This document shows positions 51,335-61,591 of a stretch of DNA of 64,000 nucleotides, in pieces. The notes beneath the pieces were generated by a model, which did no database searches, was not told the origin of the DNA, and saw only the letters and a list, made by a program, of their open reading frames with translations. The stretch comes from Gammaproteobacteria bacterium (GTDB taxonomy: Bacteria > Pseudomonadota > Gammaproteobacteria > Magnimaribacterales > D2472). Location of the stretch: the NCBI GenBank assembly GCA_038108875.1, contig JAYNII010000005.1, positions 663 through 64,662 of the forward strand, read 5' to 3'. The position numbers were made by a program, and so were the translations under genes. The stretch's first letter is position 1, and each line of letters opens with the position of its first letter.

Positions 51335-53757
51335 TGAAAAAGTTTGCTATATTTTTCTTTTTATTTCAGGCTTCATTATTTGCTCCATTGTTAAATGCAT
51401 TTGAGGAATTCTTAGTTACCGATATTAGAATTGTTGGATTGCAAAGGGTTTCAGTGGGAAGTATTTTTACTGCAATACCTGTCAGTGTAGGCGATAAAAT
51501 TGATCAAACAAAAGTTGAAGAAATCATTCGCGCTTTGTTTATTACTGAGCAGTTTAACAACATTGAAATTGGAAGAGATGGGAATGCGCTCATCATATCT
51601 ATCGAAGAAAGACCTTCCATTGCATCTATTGAAATTGATGGAAATAAAGCTCTTAAAACTGAAGATCTTCTAAAAGGTCTAGAGGGAGCAGGTATTGCTG
51701 AAGGACAGGTCTTCAAGAGATCAACTATTGAAGGAATGAAAAGTGAGCTTGTAAGACAATACTCCTCACAAGGCAGATATGGAGCGGGGGTTGAGGTCAC
51801 CACAGTCAATAAACCTAGAAATACCATAGATTTAAGCATAGAAATCGATGAGGGCACGTCTGCTCAGATTGAGAGTATAAAAATTATTGGAAATAATCTC
51901 TTTACTGATGATGAGCTAGCGTTGGCTTTTGAGTTAAAAGAGGGCGGCTGGTTTTCTTTTCTTAGTAACAACAATAAATACTCAAAAGAAAAACTTGAGG
52001 GGGATATTGAGAATCTAGAGTCTTACTATTTAGACAGAGGCTATTTAAAGTTTTCGCTTGAGTCTGTTCAGGTAAGCGTTTCTGAGGACAAGAAAGATAT
52101 CTTTATTACCTACAGCATCTCTGAAGGAGAAAAATATACGATATCAAAAGTGAACTTGATTGGGGACATGCCAGTTGACGAGCTAATTTATCAACCAATT
52201 CTAGAATCATTAAATCAGCAAATTTATTCTCAAGCACAGATTACAGCAATAGAGGAATTTCTAACTTCTATTTTGGGTAATGAAGGTTATACATTTGCCC
52301 AAGTTAAAGGTAATGCCGAACCGATTGAGGGCGGACAAGATGTTGAGCTCACTTTCTTGGTTCAACCAGGAAATAGAACCTACGCAAGAAAGGTAAACTT
52401 TGCAGGAAATTTTCTCACAAATGATGAGGTACTAAGAAGAGAAATGCGCCAATTTGAAGGCGCTTGGGCATCCGACGATAGAATTGAGAATTCTAAGGTT
52501 AGATTAGAAAGATTGGGCTACTTCAAGGAAGTTAATGTAGAGACGTTACCGGTTCCTGGTACTGAAGACCAAGTAGATATTGAGTTTACTGTTGAGGAAG
52601 AGAGCACTTCTTCAATTGGTGGCTCAATTGGATACAGTGATTTTGGTTTAAATTTAGGATTAAATCTCTCAGATAATAATTTTATGGGCACTGGCAATAG
52701 AGTAAATATCGGGCTCAACAAAAGCATCTACCAAGACTTATATAGCATCTCATTCTTTGATCCTTACTTTACTATGGATGGGGTAAGCAGGGGTTACAGT
52801 ATTTATTTTAGAGAGACCGATTATGGCGAGTTTAACGTAGCCAATTATTTAACCAATAGCACAGGTGCGGGCGTTCAGTTTAGTTATCCTCTAAATGAAA
52901 CACAAAGGATAGGCTTGAATCTTAATTATGATATTACTGAAATTCAGGAAGGGACGTTACCTGCCAGAGAAATAGCAGACTTTTTAAGGTCTGAGGGCAC
53001 AGAATTTGAAGTCATTAAGCTACAAACGGTATGGTCAAGAATAACCTTAAATAGAGGACTTTTCCCAACAAATGGTTCCCAACTTGATGTAATGTTTCAA
53101 GCTACTGTTCCAGGAAGCGATCTAAATTATTATAAGATCAATATCCAAAACAAGTTCTACAGACCCTTATCTTTTGGAGATTTAGTTTTTGGTTTCGATG
53201 GATCCTTGGGTTATATAGCTGCTTATGGAAACACAAAGGCTACACCATTTTTTGAAAATTTTTATTCTGGAGGTCCAAAATCAATAAGAGGTTTTAGATC
53301 AAATACTTTAGGACCTAGAGTCACCCCAACACCATGTTATGGATTTGTTCCTGAAACTGAGGAATGTCCACCCTTTTATGATACTGATTTTGATGGTGAG
53401 CCAGATACGCCAGCTCCTAATCCTTATGCTTACCAACAGGCTTTTGATCCAATTGGAGGTAATTTCTTAATTGAGGGAAGCTTCCAATTAATATTTAAAC
53501 TCCCTATGGTAGATGATCAACGTTCAATGCGTTCTGCTTTTTTTGTTGACTTTGGTAATGTTTTTCAAACTGATTGTCGTGAGTATCAAGTAAATTGCTA
53601 TGAACCAACTGTTAATGAGTTAAGGTACTCAGTTGGAGTTGGTGTCACTTGGATGACTGGTTTTGGTCCAATGAGCTTTAGCTTTTCTCAACCCTTCAAT
53701 GATGGAATATTTGATAGAACAGAGCAATTCCAGTTCACAATCGGAACAGTTTTCTAG
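51334..53757 (+). CDS. bamA: Outer membrane protein assembly factor BamA
   Basis: 807 aa. Signal peptide, POTRA repeats and C-terminal beta-barrel ending in an aromatic residue (TIGTVF). TAATG overlap with rseP. Confidence 0.97.
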   Translation: MKKFAIFFFLFQASLFAPLLNAFEEFLVTDIRIVGLQRVSVGSIFTAIPVSVGDKIDQTKVEEIIRALFITEQFNNIEIGRDGNALIISIEERPSIASIEIDGNKALKTEDLLKGLEGAGIAEGQVFKRSTIEGMKSELVRQYSSQGRYGAGVEVTTVNKPRNTIDLSIEIDEGTSAQIESIKIIGNNLFTDDELALAFELKEGGWFSFLSNNNKYSKEKLEGDIENLESYYLDRGYLKFSLESVQVSVSEDKKDIFITYSISEGEKYTISKVNLIGDMPVDELIYQPILESLNQQIYSQAQITAIEEFLTSILGNEGYTFAQVKGNAEPIEGGQDVELTFLVQPGNRTYARKVNFAGNFLTNDEVLRREMRQFEGAWASDDRIENSKVRLERLGYFKEVNVETLPVPGTEDQVDIEFTVEEESTSSIGGSIGYSDFGLNLGLNLSDNNFMGTGNRVNIGLNKSIYQDLYSISFFDPYFTMDGVSRGYSIYFRETDYGEFNVANYLTNSTGAGVQFSYPLNETQRIGLNLNYDITEIQEGTLPAREIADFLRSEGTEFEVIKLQTVWSRITLNRGLFPTNGSQLDVMFQATVPGSDLNYYKINIQNKFYRPLSFGDLVFGFDGSLGYIAAYGNTKATPFFENFYSGGPKSIRGFRSNTLGPRVTPTPCYGFVPETEECPPFYDTDFDGEPDTPAPNPYAYQQAFDPIGGNFLIEGSFQLIFKLPMVDDQRSMRSAFFVDFGNVFQTDCREYQVNCYEPTVNELRYSVGVGVTWMTGFGPMSFSFSQPFNDGIFDRTEQFQFTIGTVF

Positions 53758-53807
53758 TTTTTTATAATATTTGATATAAAATATGCAAACTTACTTAGAG
53801 GGTTACT

Positions 53808-54335
53808 ATGAAAAATAAAATACTTGCAGGATTAATTATAATTAGCTCATTTTCTTCAGGATTATTTGCTGTTGATGGCATGGCAGTAATTGATATGAGG
53901 ACTGCTGTATTAGCTACTCAAAAAGCTCAAAACGCTTTCAAAGCTCTAGAAAGTGATAAAGAATACTCTGGTAATGTAGAAAGAGCTCAAGCTTTACAAT
54001 CTGAGAGACAGACTCTTGCAGAAAAACTACAAAAAGAAGCTGAAACATTGTCTCAAGATGATATTGCTACCTTGCAAAGAAACATCCAAGAAAAATCAAA
54101 AGATTTAGAATTTATTATTGGCAAGATCCAGTCAAAGCAAACTGAAACAGCAGATAAAGTTTTTAGAGATTTAAACCCATCCCTTCAAAAAATTTTGCAA
54201 GAATTAATCGCTGCTAAGCAAGTTAAAGTTCTTTTAGGCAGGGAGACAGTATTGTTTGCTGATCCAGCAATGGATTTAACTGATGATGTAACATCAATGC
54301 TAGATGTTGCAGCAAAAGAATCTGCAGCTAAATAA
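53808..54335 (+). CDS. skp: Periplasmic chaperone Skp (OmpH)
   Basis: 175 aa. Signal peptide followed by a Gln/Lys/Glu-rich coiled coil. Conserved position between bamA and lpxD. Confidence 0.88.
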   Translation: MKNKILAGLIIISSFSSGLFAVDGMAVIDMRTAVLATQKAQNAFKALESDKEYSGNVERAQALQSERQTLAEKLQKEAETLSQDDIATLQRNIQEKSKDLEFIIGKIQSKQTETADKVFRDLNPSLQKILQELIAAKQVKVLLGRETVLFADPAMDLTDDVTSMLDVAAKESAAK

Positions 54336-54339
54336 AAGC

Positions 54340-55326
54340 TTGTCAAGAGCACAATATTCTCTAAAGAATTTAACCAACATTATTGATGGCCAGCTGATTG
54401 GAAACCCTGATCAGCTAGTCACTTCCCTGAGTTCCTTACAAGAGGCTAATAATGCTAGCATAACGTTTGTTTCTTCCAAAAAATTTGAAAAATTTATCAA
54501 TAAATGTGATGCCGCAGCAATCATTGTTAGAAGAGACTATAAGCCTAGTGACAATAAGAATTATATTTTAGTTAAGGATCCCTATTACGCTTTTGCAATT
54601 CTTAGTGAGATTTTTGACCCTATAGAAGATATGTTTAGCGGTATAGCTTACAGTAATAAAGTGAATTCGAATGCAGAGGTTGCTGATACTGCAAAGATAT
54701 ATCAAGGGGCAGTTTTAGCAGACACTGCTAGAATTTGTAAGAACGTCGTTGTTGGACCCAATGTTTTTATTGGTCCTGATTGTATAGTTGGTGCAGGGAC
54801 AGTTATTCATGCAAATTCATCACTCATGCGAAGTGTTATTATTGGAAAAAACTGTATTATCCAAAACAACTGTATTTTAGGATCTGATGGTTTTGGATTT
54901 GCACCCTCTAAAACTGGTTATAAAAAAATACATCAATTAGGAAGATTAGTTGTAGGTGATAACGTAGAGTTTGGTGCTGGATGTACGATTGATAGAGGCG
55001 CTCTTGATGACACTGTTATTGGGGATGGAGTAAAACTAGATAACCAAGTTCACATTGCTCACAATGTTGTTTTGGGCAATAACTGTGCTATTGCTGCAAA
55101 ATGTGCTATTGCAGGTTCAACTATTATAGGAAAAAACCTTCAAATGGGCGGATTGTCAGGAGTCATAGGGCATCTCAAGATTTGTGATGATGTATTCATT
55201 GGCGCTCACACTTTGATCACAAAAAGCATTACTAGACCTGGAAACTATGTAGGCATTATGCCTGCACAAGAACACAAAGATTGGGCAAAATCATCAGTAG
55301 CTATAAGAAATTTGATTAAAAAATAA
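54340..55326 (+). CDS. lpxD: UDP-3-O-acylglucosamine N-acyltransferase
   Basis: Left-handed beta-helix hexapeptide repeats. TTG 54340 gives MSRAQYSLKNLTNIIDGQLIG, which aligns with the E. coli and Pseudomonas LpxD N-termini. The alternative ATG 54304 (ORF track) would overlap skp by 32 nt. Confidence 0.9.
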   Translation: MSRAQYSLKNLTNIIDGQLIGNPDQLVTSLSSLQEANNASITFVSSKKFEKFINKCDAAAIIVRRDYKPSDNKNYILVKDPYYAFAILSEIFDPIEDMFSGIAYSNKVNSNAEVADTAKIYQGAVLADTARICKNVVVGPNVFIGPDCIVGAGTVIHANSSLMRSVIIGKNCIIQNNCILGSDGFGFAPSKTGYKKIHQLGRLVVGDNVEFGAGCTIDRGALDDTVIGDGVKLDNQVHIAHNVVLGNNCAIAAKCAIAGSTIIGKNLQMGGLSGVIGHLKICDDVFIGAHTLITKSITRPGNYVGIMPAQEHKDWAKSSVAIRNLIKK

Positions 55327-55763
55327 TGTACCACATTGACCATATACTTAAACATTTACCTCATCGGTATCCTTTCTTGTTTGTAGATAGGGTTATTGCT
55401 GTAGAGGAGGGTGTGTCCATTCATGCCCAAAAATCTGTAACAATAGGAGAAGACTTTTTTAATGGGCATTTTCCAAATAAGCCTGTTATGCCTGGTGTCA
55501 TCATAATTGAAGCTTTAGCTCAGGCCTCAGGAATTTTAGGTTTCATGACGATGAAAAAAACCCCTGAAGAAGGAAGTATCTATTATTTTGCTGGAGCCGA
55601 TCAGGTTAGATTTAGAAACCCTGTTGTACCGGGAGATACCTTGGATCTGCATTCCAAAATTTTAGGGAATAAACGCGGTATTTGGAAATTTGAGTGCAAG
55701 GCTATGGTGGGTGACAAAGAAGTTTGCTCAGCCTTAATATTATGTGCTGATAGACCGAAATAA
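55326..55763 (+). CDS. fabZ: 3-hydroxyacyl-ACP dehydratase FabZ
   Basis: 145 aa with LPHRYPFLFVDRV and FFNGHFPNKPVMPGV motifs. Confidence 0.98.
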   Translation: MYHIDHILKHLPHRYPFLFVDRVIAVEEGVSIHAQKSVTIGEDFFNGHFPNKPVMPGVIIIEALAQASGILGFMTMKKTPEEGSIYYFAGADQVRFRNPVVPGDTLDLHSKILGNKRGIWKFECKAMVGDKEVCSALILCADRPK

Positions 55764-56533
55764 TGAAAGATCTTTCATATATTCACCCAAATGCAAAAAT
55801 AAGCTCATCTGCTTATATAGGTCCTTTTTGTTATATTGGAGAGGAGGTAGAAATTGGCGACAATTGTAAGCTACTGTCTCATGTAATTATTAAAGGTCCT
55901 ACTAAGATTGGTTCAGGGAATATTTTTTATCAATTTTCAACTATTGGAGAGGATACCCCTGACAAAAAGTTTAAAGGCGAAAAAACTTATCTACTCATTG
56001 GAAAAGACAACATATTCCGTGAGGGAGTGACCATCCATAGAGGCACCATTCAAGATCAGGGAGTTACAACTATTGAAAATAGTAATTTATTTATGGCTTA
56101 TACCCATGTAGCCCATGATTGCAGAGTTGGTTCTAATAATATAATGGCAAATAATTCAGGGCTTGCTGGACATGTTAATGTTGGAAACTATGTCACTCTT
56201 GGAGGGTATACCTTAGTTCACCAGTTTTGTAGGATTGGTGATTTTGCATTCACTGGCTTAAATACTGTGATTACTATGGATATACCAGCCTATGTCAAGA
56301 TCGCTGCAAACCCTGCCAGACCTATTGGATTGAATACCGTTGGATTGCAAAGACATGGGTTTGATGAATCTAAAATAAATATTCTTAAAAAAGCCTATAG
56401 AGGTCTTTACAGAAAAGGTCTTAGTTTATCAGATGCTATAAAGTATCTCGAAGAACTTAACCAAGAACATGCTGGCTTGCTAGATGTATTTTTATATTCA
56501 GTAAAATCCTCAGAAAGAGGCATATTGAGATAG
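55763..56533 (+). CDS. lpxA: UDP-N-acetylglucosamine O-acyltransferase
   Basis: 256 aa with hexapeptide repeats and helical C-terminus. Conserved position after fabZ. Confidence 0.97.
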   Translation: MKDLSYIHPNAKISSSAYIGPFCYIGEEVEIGDNCKLLSHVIIKGPTKIGSGNIFYQFSTIGEDTPDKKFKGEKTYLLIGKDNIFREGVTIHRGTIQDQGVTTIENSNLFMAYTHVAHDCRVGSNNIMANNSGLAGHVNVGNYVTLGGYTLVHQFCRIGDFAFTGLNTVITMDIPAYVKIAANPARPIGLNTVGLQRHGFDESKINILKKAYRGLYRKGLSLSDAIKYLEELNQEHAGLLDVFLYSVKSSERGILR

Positions 56534-57627
56534 TGAGTACCAAAATTTTGAATGTTGGTATTGTTGCTACCGAACATTCTGGTGACTTATTGGGACACTC
56601 ACTTGTAAAAACATTAACCGAACTCGGAGATGTAAACTTATATGGTATTGGGCATGAAAAGCTTCACTCCTTTGGTATAAATTGTCCAAACATTGAGACG
56701 AGATATCTAAATGTGATGGGTATCATTGATCCAATTAAGAATCTTTCAAAAATACTTCAAACCCGAAAAGTAATTATAAATTTTCTGTTGGAGAAAAACA
56801 TTGATGTATTCATTGGTGTGGATGCTCCTGATTTCAATATGGGAATTCACAAAGTCATGAGTGAGCATAATATCCCTACCGTTCAACTAGTAAGTCCCAG
56901 CGTTTGGGCTTGGCGAAGCGGAAGAATTAAGAAGATTAAAAAATATATTGATTGCACTCTTTGTCTATTTCCTTTTGAAAAGAAATTTTATGATGAGAGC
57001 AACACTAGGGCTATTTATGTTGGACATCCCTTTGCTGAGATCGATAATCATAATCCTAAAGAATCACATAGCAGATATGTAGCTTTGCTTCCAGGCAGTA
57101 GAGATGGAGAAATTAAATATATGCTCCCTATCATGATATCTTTTGCAAAGCTATTATCTGAAAAATATCCAGAGGTACATTTTTTAATTCCTGCAACCAC
57201 ACTTTCCCATAAAGAGCACATTATCAGCTTATGTAATTTAGCCAATTTAAACTTTACTTGCACGATTGGAAATACAAGAGAGTATTTAGCTCAATCTCCA
57301 ATTTCGGTGGTTACTTCAGGTACAGCCACCCTTGAGGCAGCCTGTTATGGGTCATCACCCATAATATGCTACAAAACAGGTTCTTTGAATTACTCTATTT
57401 TAAGCAAACTAAACAAAGCTCCTTTCATAGGCTTGCCAAATCTAATTCTTAATGAATTGGCTTTTCCTGAACTAATTCAAGATAAGTGTACTCCTGAAAA
57501 TATCTTGAGGAATTATGAGGAACTTTGTAACTCAGAGAGAAGAACTAAGAATCTAGAAAATATTAAGTTAGCTATTCAAGGGGAGGGATTCTTTAGCGCT
57601 GCTTCTTACATCTTTTCATTAAAGTGA
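56533..57627 (+). CDS. lpxB: Lipid-A-disaccharide synthase
   Basis: 364 aa with GTG start overlapping the lpxA TAG. N-terminal TEHSGDLLG motif. Conserved position. Confidence 0.95.
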   Translation: MSTKILNVGIVATEHSGDLLGHSLVKTLTELGDVNLYGIGHEKLHSFGINCPNIETRYLNVMGIIDPIKNLSKILQTRKVIINFLLEKNIDVFIGVDAPDFNMGIHKVMSEHNIPTVQLVSPSVWAWRSGRIKKIKKYIDCTLCLFPFEKKFYDESNTRAIYVGHPFAEIDNHNPKESHSRYVALLPGSRDGEIKYMLPIMISFAKLLSEKYPEVHFLIPATTLSHKEHIISLCNLANLNFTCTIGNTREYLAQSPISVVTSGTATLEAACYGSSPIICYKTGSLNYSILSKLNKAPFIGLPNLILNELAFPELIQDKCTPENILRNYEELCNSERRTKNLENIKLAIQGEGFFSAASYIFSLK

Positions 57628-58169
57628 TTGCTGGAGTTGATGAGGTTGGTAGAGGTTGTTTAGCAGGCCCAGTTTGTGCTTGCGCGGTTATCATTAGAGA
57701 AAAAATACCTTTTTTGGCTGATTCAAAGAAGCTATCCCCCTTTCAGAGATTAAGACTTTCTGAACGAATACATAATTCAGCCTGGGTTGGTTTTGGCATA
57801 GTAGATGCAGAAACCATCGACAAGATCAATATTCACCAAGCAAGCCAATTAGCAATGCAAAGAGCAATAGAAAACTTAGCTATAACTCCAAAAGAAATTC
57901 TAGTTGACGGCAAATTTACCCTGCCAATTGCAATACCAAATAAAGCTATAATAGGAGGAGATAATTTGGTGGATGAAATCTCAGCCGCCTCAATAGTTGC
58001 AAAAGTATGGAGAGATTCTTTAATGGTTAATATGGGGATAAATTATCCAGAATATGGATTTGCTAAACATAAAGGCTACCCTACAAAATTTCATAGAGAA
58101 GCATTAAGAATTCATGGGCCCAGTCCAATTCATAGAAGAACGTTTTCAGGAGTGATCTTTGAAAAATAA
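57624..58169 (+). CDS. rnhB: Ribonuclease HII
   Basis: 181 aa with GTG start (GTGA overlap with lpxB). AGVDEVGRGCLAGPV catalytic motif. Confidence 0.96.
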   Translation: MIAGVDEVGRGCLAGPVCACAVIIREKIPFLADSKKLSPFQRLRLSERIHNSAWVGFGIVDAETIDKINIHQASQLAMQRAIENLAITPKEILVDGKFTLPIAIPNKAIIGGDNLVDEISAASIVAKVWRDSLMVNMGINYPEYGFAKHKGYPTKFHREALRIHGPSPIHRRTFSGVIFEK

Positions 58170-61100
58170 GTTCATTCATTTAAGGAACTCATCAGAATTT
58201 AGCATTACTAGGGGCCTTTTTCGACCCAATGAAATCGTAGATCAGGCTGTCAAGAAAAAAATGCCTGCTGTTGCATTAACAGATCTAAACAATCTTTTTG
58301 CAGCTGTAAAATTTGTGTCCTATGCAGAAACCAAAGGAATTAAACCTATTTTAGGCGCCGTTATATCTGTTCAAGGTAAATCAGAAATCGATGAGATTTT
58401 GGTTCTAATCCAAAACAACATAGGATTCCTTAATCTTTTAAAAATTATCTCTAAGGCTCAAGAAAATAAGAAAGCAGATCTTGCGCTGATAAGCTTTTCT
58501 GAATTTATAAATTTTCTTGAGGGACTTTATGTAATTATTGGGGGACAAAGAAGTTTAGCTAGGAGATACGCTCTTAACAACAGAGAAGACTTGTTAGAGA
58601 GACTATTGATCCACTATAAAAATAAATGTGGAGATAATCTATTATTAGAGATAAACAGTATTGCAGATGAAGATTCAGTGGCTAATTCTATTTTTGCAAA
58701 AAAAGGGAGTGAGCTTGCTATACCGCTCGTAGTTACTAATGATACTCTTTTTGCAAATCAAGAAGATTTTGATATACATGATATAAAGGTATGCATCAAT
58801 ACTGGAAAAATTATTGATGATAAGAACAGATCAAAAGATTTTAAATTATCGCAATTTTTTAAGAGTGCTAAAGAAATGTATGCATTGTTGCCAGAATTTA
58901 AAATAGCCTTGGAAAATTCCTACTTTTTGGCTATGAAGTGCAATATAACGTTCAAAACAGATAAATATTTTTTACCAGAGTATCCAGTTTCAGAAAATGA
59001 GGATTTTAATTCATTTCTTGAAAAGAAAGCGTTTGAGGGGCTTGAAGCATTACTTAAAAAATTAGATAAAACTCAACACACGACATATAAAAAAAGAATG
59101 AATATTGAACTGGAGTCCATCAAGGCAACAGGATTTTCAAGTTATTTTTTAATCGTTGCAGATTTTATTAATTGGTCCAAAGACAATAATGTACCTGTAG
59201 GTCCTGGGAGAGGTTCTGGTGCTGGCTCCTTGGTGGCATATTGCCTAGGAATTACATCCCTTGATCCAATAGAACACGGTCTGCTATTTGAAAGATTCAT
59301 TAATCCCGAGCGGATTTCAATGCCAGATTTTGATATCGACTTTTGTATGGAAAAAAGAGATCTTGTTATTGATTATGTTTCTCAAAAATATGGGAGAGAC
59401 GCAGTTTCTCAAATTGCTACCTTTGGAACAATGGCAGCTCGAGCAGTGGTAAGGGACGTTGCAAGAGCGCTAGGTAGACCTTATGCCTTAGGTGACAGAA
59501 TTTCAAAAATGATACCCTTTGTGCCTGGTATGACGTTAGAGAGAGCTATAAAACAAGAACCTCTTTTAAAAGAAATGATTCAGAATGAGGATGAAGTCGC
59601 AGAAATAATTGATATTTCTTTCAAACTAGAGGGTATTGCAAGGAACGTTGGAAAACACGCAGGAGGAATAGTTATAGCACCAGGAAAAATAACTGATTTT
59701 TGTCCTCTCTATATTGATTCTTCATCAGGTTCTACTATGACGCAATTTGATAAAGATGATTTAGAAAAAATTGGCTTAGTAAAGTTTGATTTTCTTGGTT
59801 TAAGAACCTTGACAGTTATAAGCAAGACTTTGGATGCCATAAATGCTAAGAAAAAATTATTAAATGAAGACCTGCTTGATCTTGGTACTATTCCTCTAGA
59901 CGATCAAAAGGTTTTTGAATTGCTGCAACAGGGAAAGACGACTGCAGTCTTCCAGTTAGAATCACCAGGCATGCGCGAACTTATTAGGAGACTTAAACCA
60001 ACTAAATTCGAAGAAATCACAGCCTTGCTAGCATTGTATCGTCCTGGTCCACTCGAATCAGGGATGGATGATCAATTTGTAGATAGAAAGCATGGCCGGG
60101 AAAATGTTTCATATGCTCACCCATTATTAGAACCAATCCTAGCAGAAACCTATGGAGTTATATTGTACCAAGAGCAAGTTATGCAAGCCGCTCAAGTTCT
60201 TGCTGGATATTCTTTAGGACAGGCAGATATTCTCCGCAGAGCAATGGGTAAGAAAAAAGTTGAGGAGATGGAAGAACAAAGAGCAGTTTTTATAGAGGGG
60301 TGTAAAAAAAATAGTATAAAAGAGGGACTAGCCTCTAAAATATTTGATTTGATTGAAAAGTTTGCTGGTTATGGTTTCAATAAATCTCATTCAGCAGCAT
60401 ATGCCCTTATATCTTATCAAACTGCATTTTTAAAAACTTATTTTACTGAGCAGTTTATGGCTTCTGTCTTATCAACCGAACTAGGAAACACTGATAAGAT
60501 TTATACTTTACTTAAAGAGTGTAATAGTCTTGGTATTCAGGTAAAAAAACCAGATATTATGATGTCTAAAAAAGAGTTTTTCGTGAATCAAGACAATGAT
60601 ATTGAATATGGGTTAGGTGCTATCAAAGGAGTTGCAGACTCTTTTATTAATCATATATTGGAAAATCGAAGAAAACATCAAGTTGAGAATTTATTCGATT
60701 TCACTAAAAAGTTTGATATTAAACTAGGGGGTAAGAAATCTATTGAGGCCCTTGCGAAATCTGGAGCCTTTGATTCTTTGGTTCCCAACAGATCAATAGC
60801 AATGTATTCACTAAATGACATTTTGTCTGAATCTCAGAAAAGAAGTAATCAACAATTTGGCGGAGATCTTTTTAGCAGTAATGAAATAGGATTTGATCCC
60901 TATGAAAAATTTAAGAATGAGGAAGAGATAGACAATAACGAAATCCTTGAATTAGAACGCGAGGCTTTAGGGTTTTATTTCACGGGTCATCCAGTGGAAT
61001 CCTTATCAGATACATTAGTTGGATTTACTAATCATAGAATTGATCAGTTAACACCCGATATTAAAAATTCAAAAATTGCTGGGTTAATTCAGAGTATTAG

Positions 61101-61590
61101 ACAAACCAAGGATAGGCATGGTCAACAAATGTATTTTGCAAACTTTGATGATGGTTCAGGTTCTATGGATGCAGTCATAACGCATGAGCTCATCCAGAGT
61201 CATCACGAGATTATAAAGAAAAATAATATACTTATCTTTTGTGGAGAGATAAGTGTAGATGATTATCGTTCAAAAGAAGTTGGAAAAGTGCAATACAAAA
61301 TGAATGTTAAAAAATTGTACAGTCTAGATGGAATTTACAAAAGCATTCAAGGAGTGTCTATTCATATTACTGAGGATCAACTACCTGACCTAAAAAATAG
61401 CATGGAAGCTTTAAAAAATCTCAATGGAGATATTTGGAATTCAGGGGAATGCACTTTAGAAATCAAGTTAAGATTTAAAGAAAAAGAAACTTCTATTAGT
61501 TTAGGGGAGAATTTTAGATTTCATCCAAATCAAGATAATATTACATCTATTAAACAAGCTTTTAGGAATTTGGATTTAAGAATAAATTAA
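58159..61590 (+). CDS. dnaE: DNA polymerase III subunit alpha
   Basis: 1143 aa with TTG start 11 nt inside rnhB. PHP domain (FIHLRNSSEFS), PDFDIDF and GFNKSHSAAYA motifs. Confidence 0.98.
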   Translation: MKNKFIHLRNSSEFSITRGLFRPNEIVDQAVKKKMPAVALTDLNNLFAAVKFVSYAETKGIKPILGAVISVQGKSEIDEILVLIQNNIGFLNLLKIISKAQENKKADLALISFSEFINFLEGLYVIIGGQRSLARRYALNNREDLLERLLIHYKNKCGDNLLLEINSIADEDSVANSIFAKKGSELAIPLVVTNDTLFANQEDFDIHDIKVCINTGKIIDDKNRSKDFKLSQFFKSAKEMYALLPEFKIALENSYFLAMKCNITFKTDKYFLPEYPVSENEDFNSFLEKKAFEGLEALLKKLDKTQHTTYKKRMNIELESIKATGFSSYFLIVADFINWSKDNNVPVGPGRGSGAGSLVAYCLGITSLDPIEHGLLFERFINPERISMPDFDIDFCMEKRDLVIDYVSQKYGRDAVSQIATFGTMAARAVVRDVARALGRPYALGDRISKMIPFVPGMTLERAIKQEPLLKEMIQNEDEVAEIIDISFKLEGIARNVGKHAGGIVIAPGKITDFCPLYIDSSSGSTMTQFDKDDLEKIGLVKFDFLGLRTLTVISKTLDAINAKKKLLNEDLLDLGTIPLDDQKVFELLQQGKTTAVFQLESPGMRELIRRLKPTKFEEITALLALYRPGPLESGMDDQFVDRKHGRENVSYAHPLLEPILAETYGVILYQEQVMQAAQVLAGYSLGQADILRRAMGKKKVEEMEEQRAVFIEGCKKNSIKEGLASKIFDLIEKFAGYGFNKSHSAAYALISYQTAFLKTYFTEQFMASVLSTELGNTDKIYTLLKECNSLGIQVKKPDIMMSKKEFFVNQDNDIEYGLGAIKGVADSFINHILENRRKHQVENLFDFTKKFDIKLGGKKSIEALAKSGAFDSLVPNRSIAMYSLNDILSESQKRSNQQFGGDLFSSNEIGFDPYEKFKNEEEIDNNEILELEREALGFYFTGHPVESLSDTLVGFTNHRIDQLTPDIKNSKIAGLIQSIRQTKDRHGQQMYFANFDDGSGSMDAVITHELIQSHHEIIKKNNILIFCGEISVDDYRSKEVGKVQYKMNVKKLYSLDGIYKSIQGVSIHITEDQLPDLKNSMEALKNLNGDIWNSGECTLEIKLRFKEKETSISLGENFRFHPNQDNITSIKQAFRNLDLRIN

Positions 61591-61591
61591 C

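Noticed and set aside
51504-51857. 117-aa ORF antisense to bamA
   Set aside because: It lies inside the POTRA-domain coding region of bamA, with no supporting signals.
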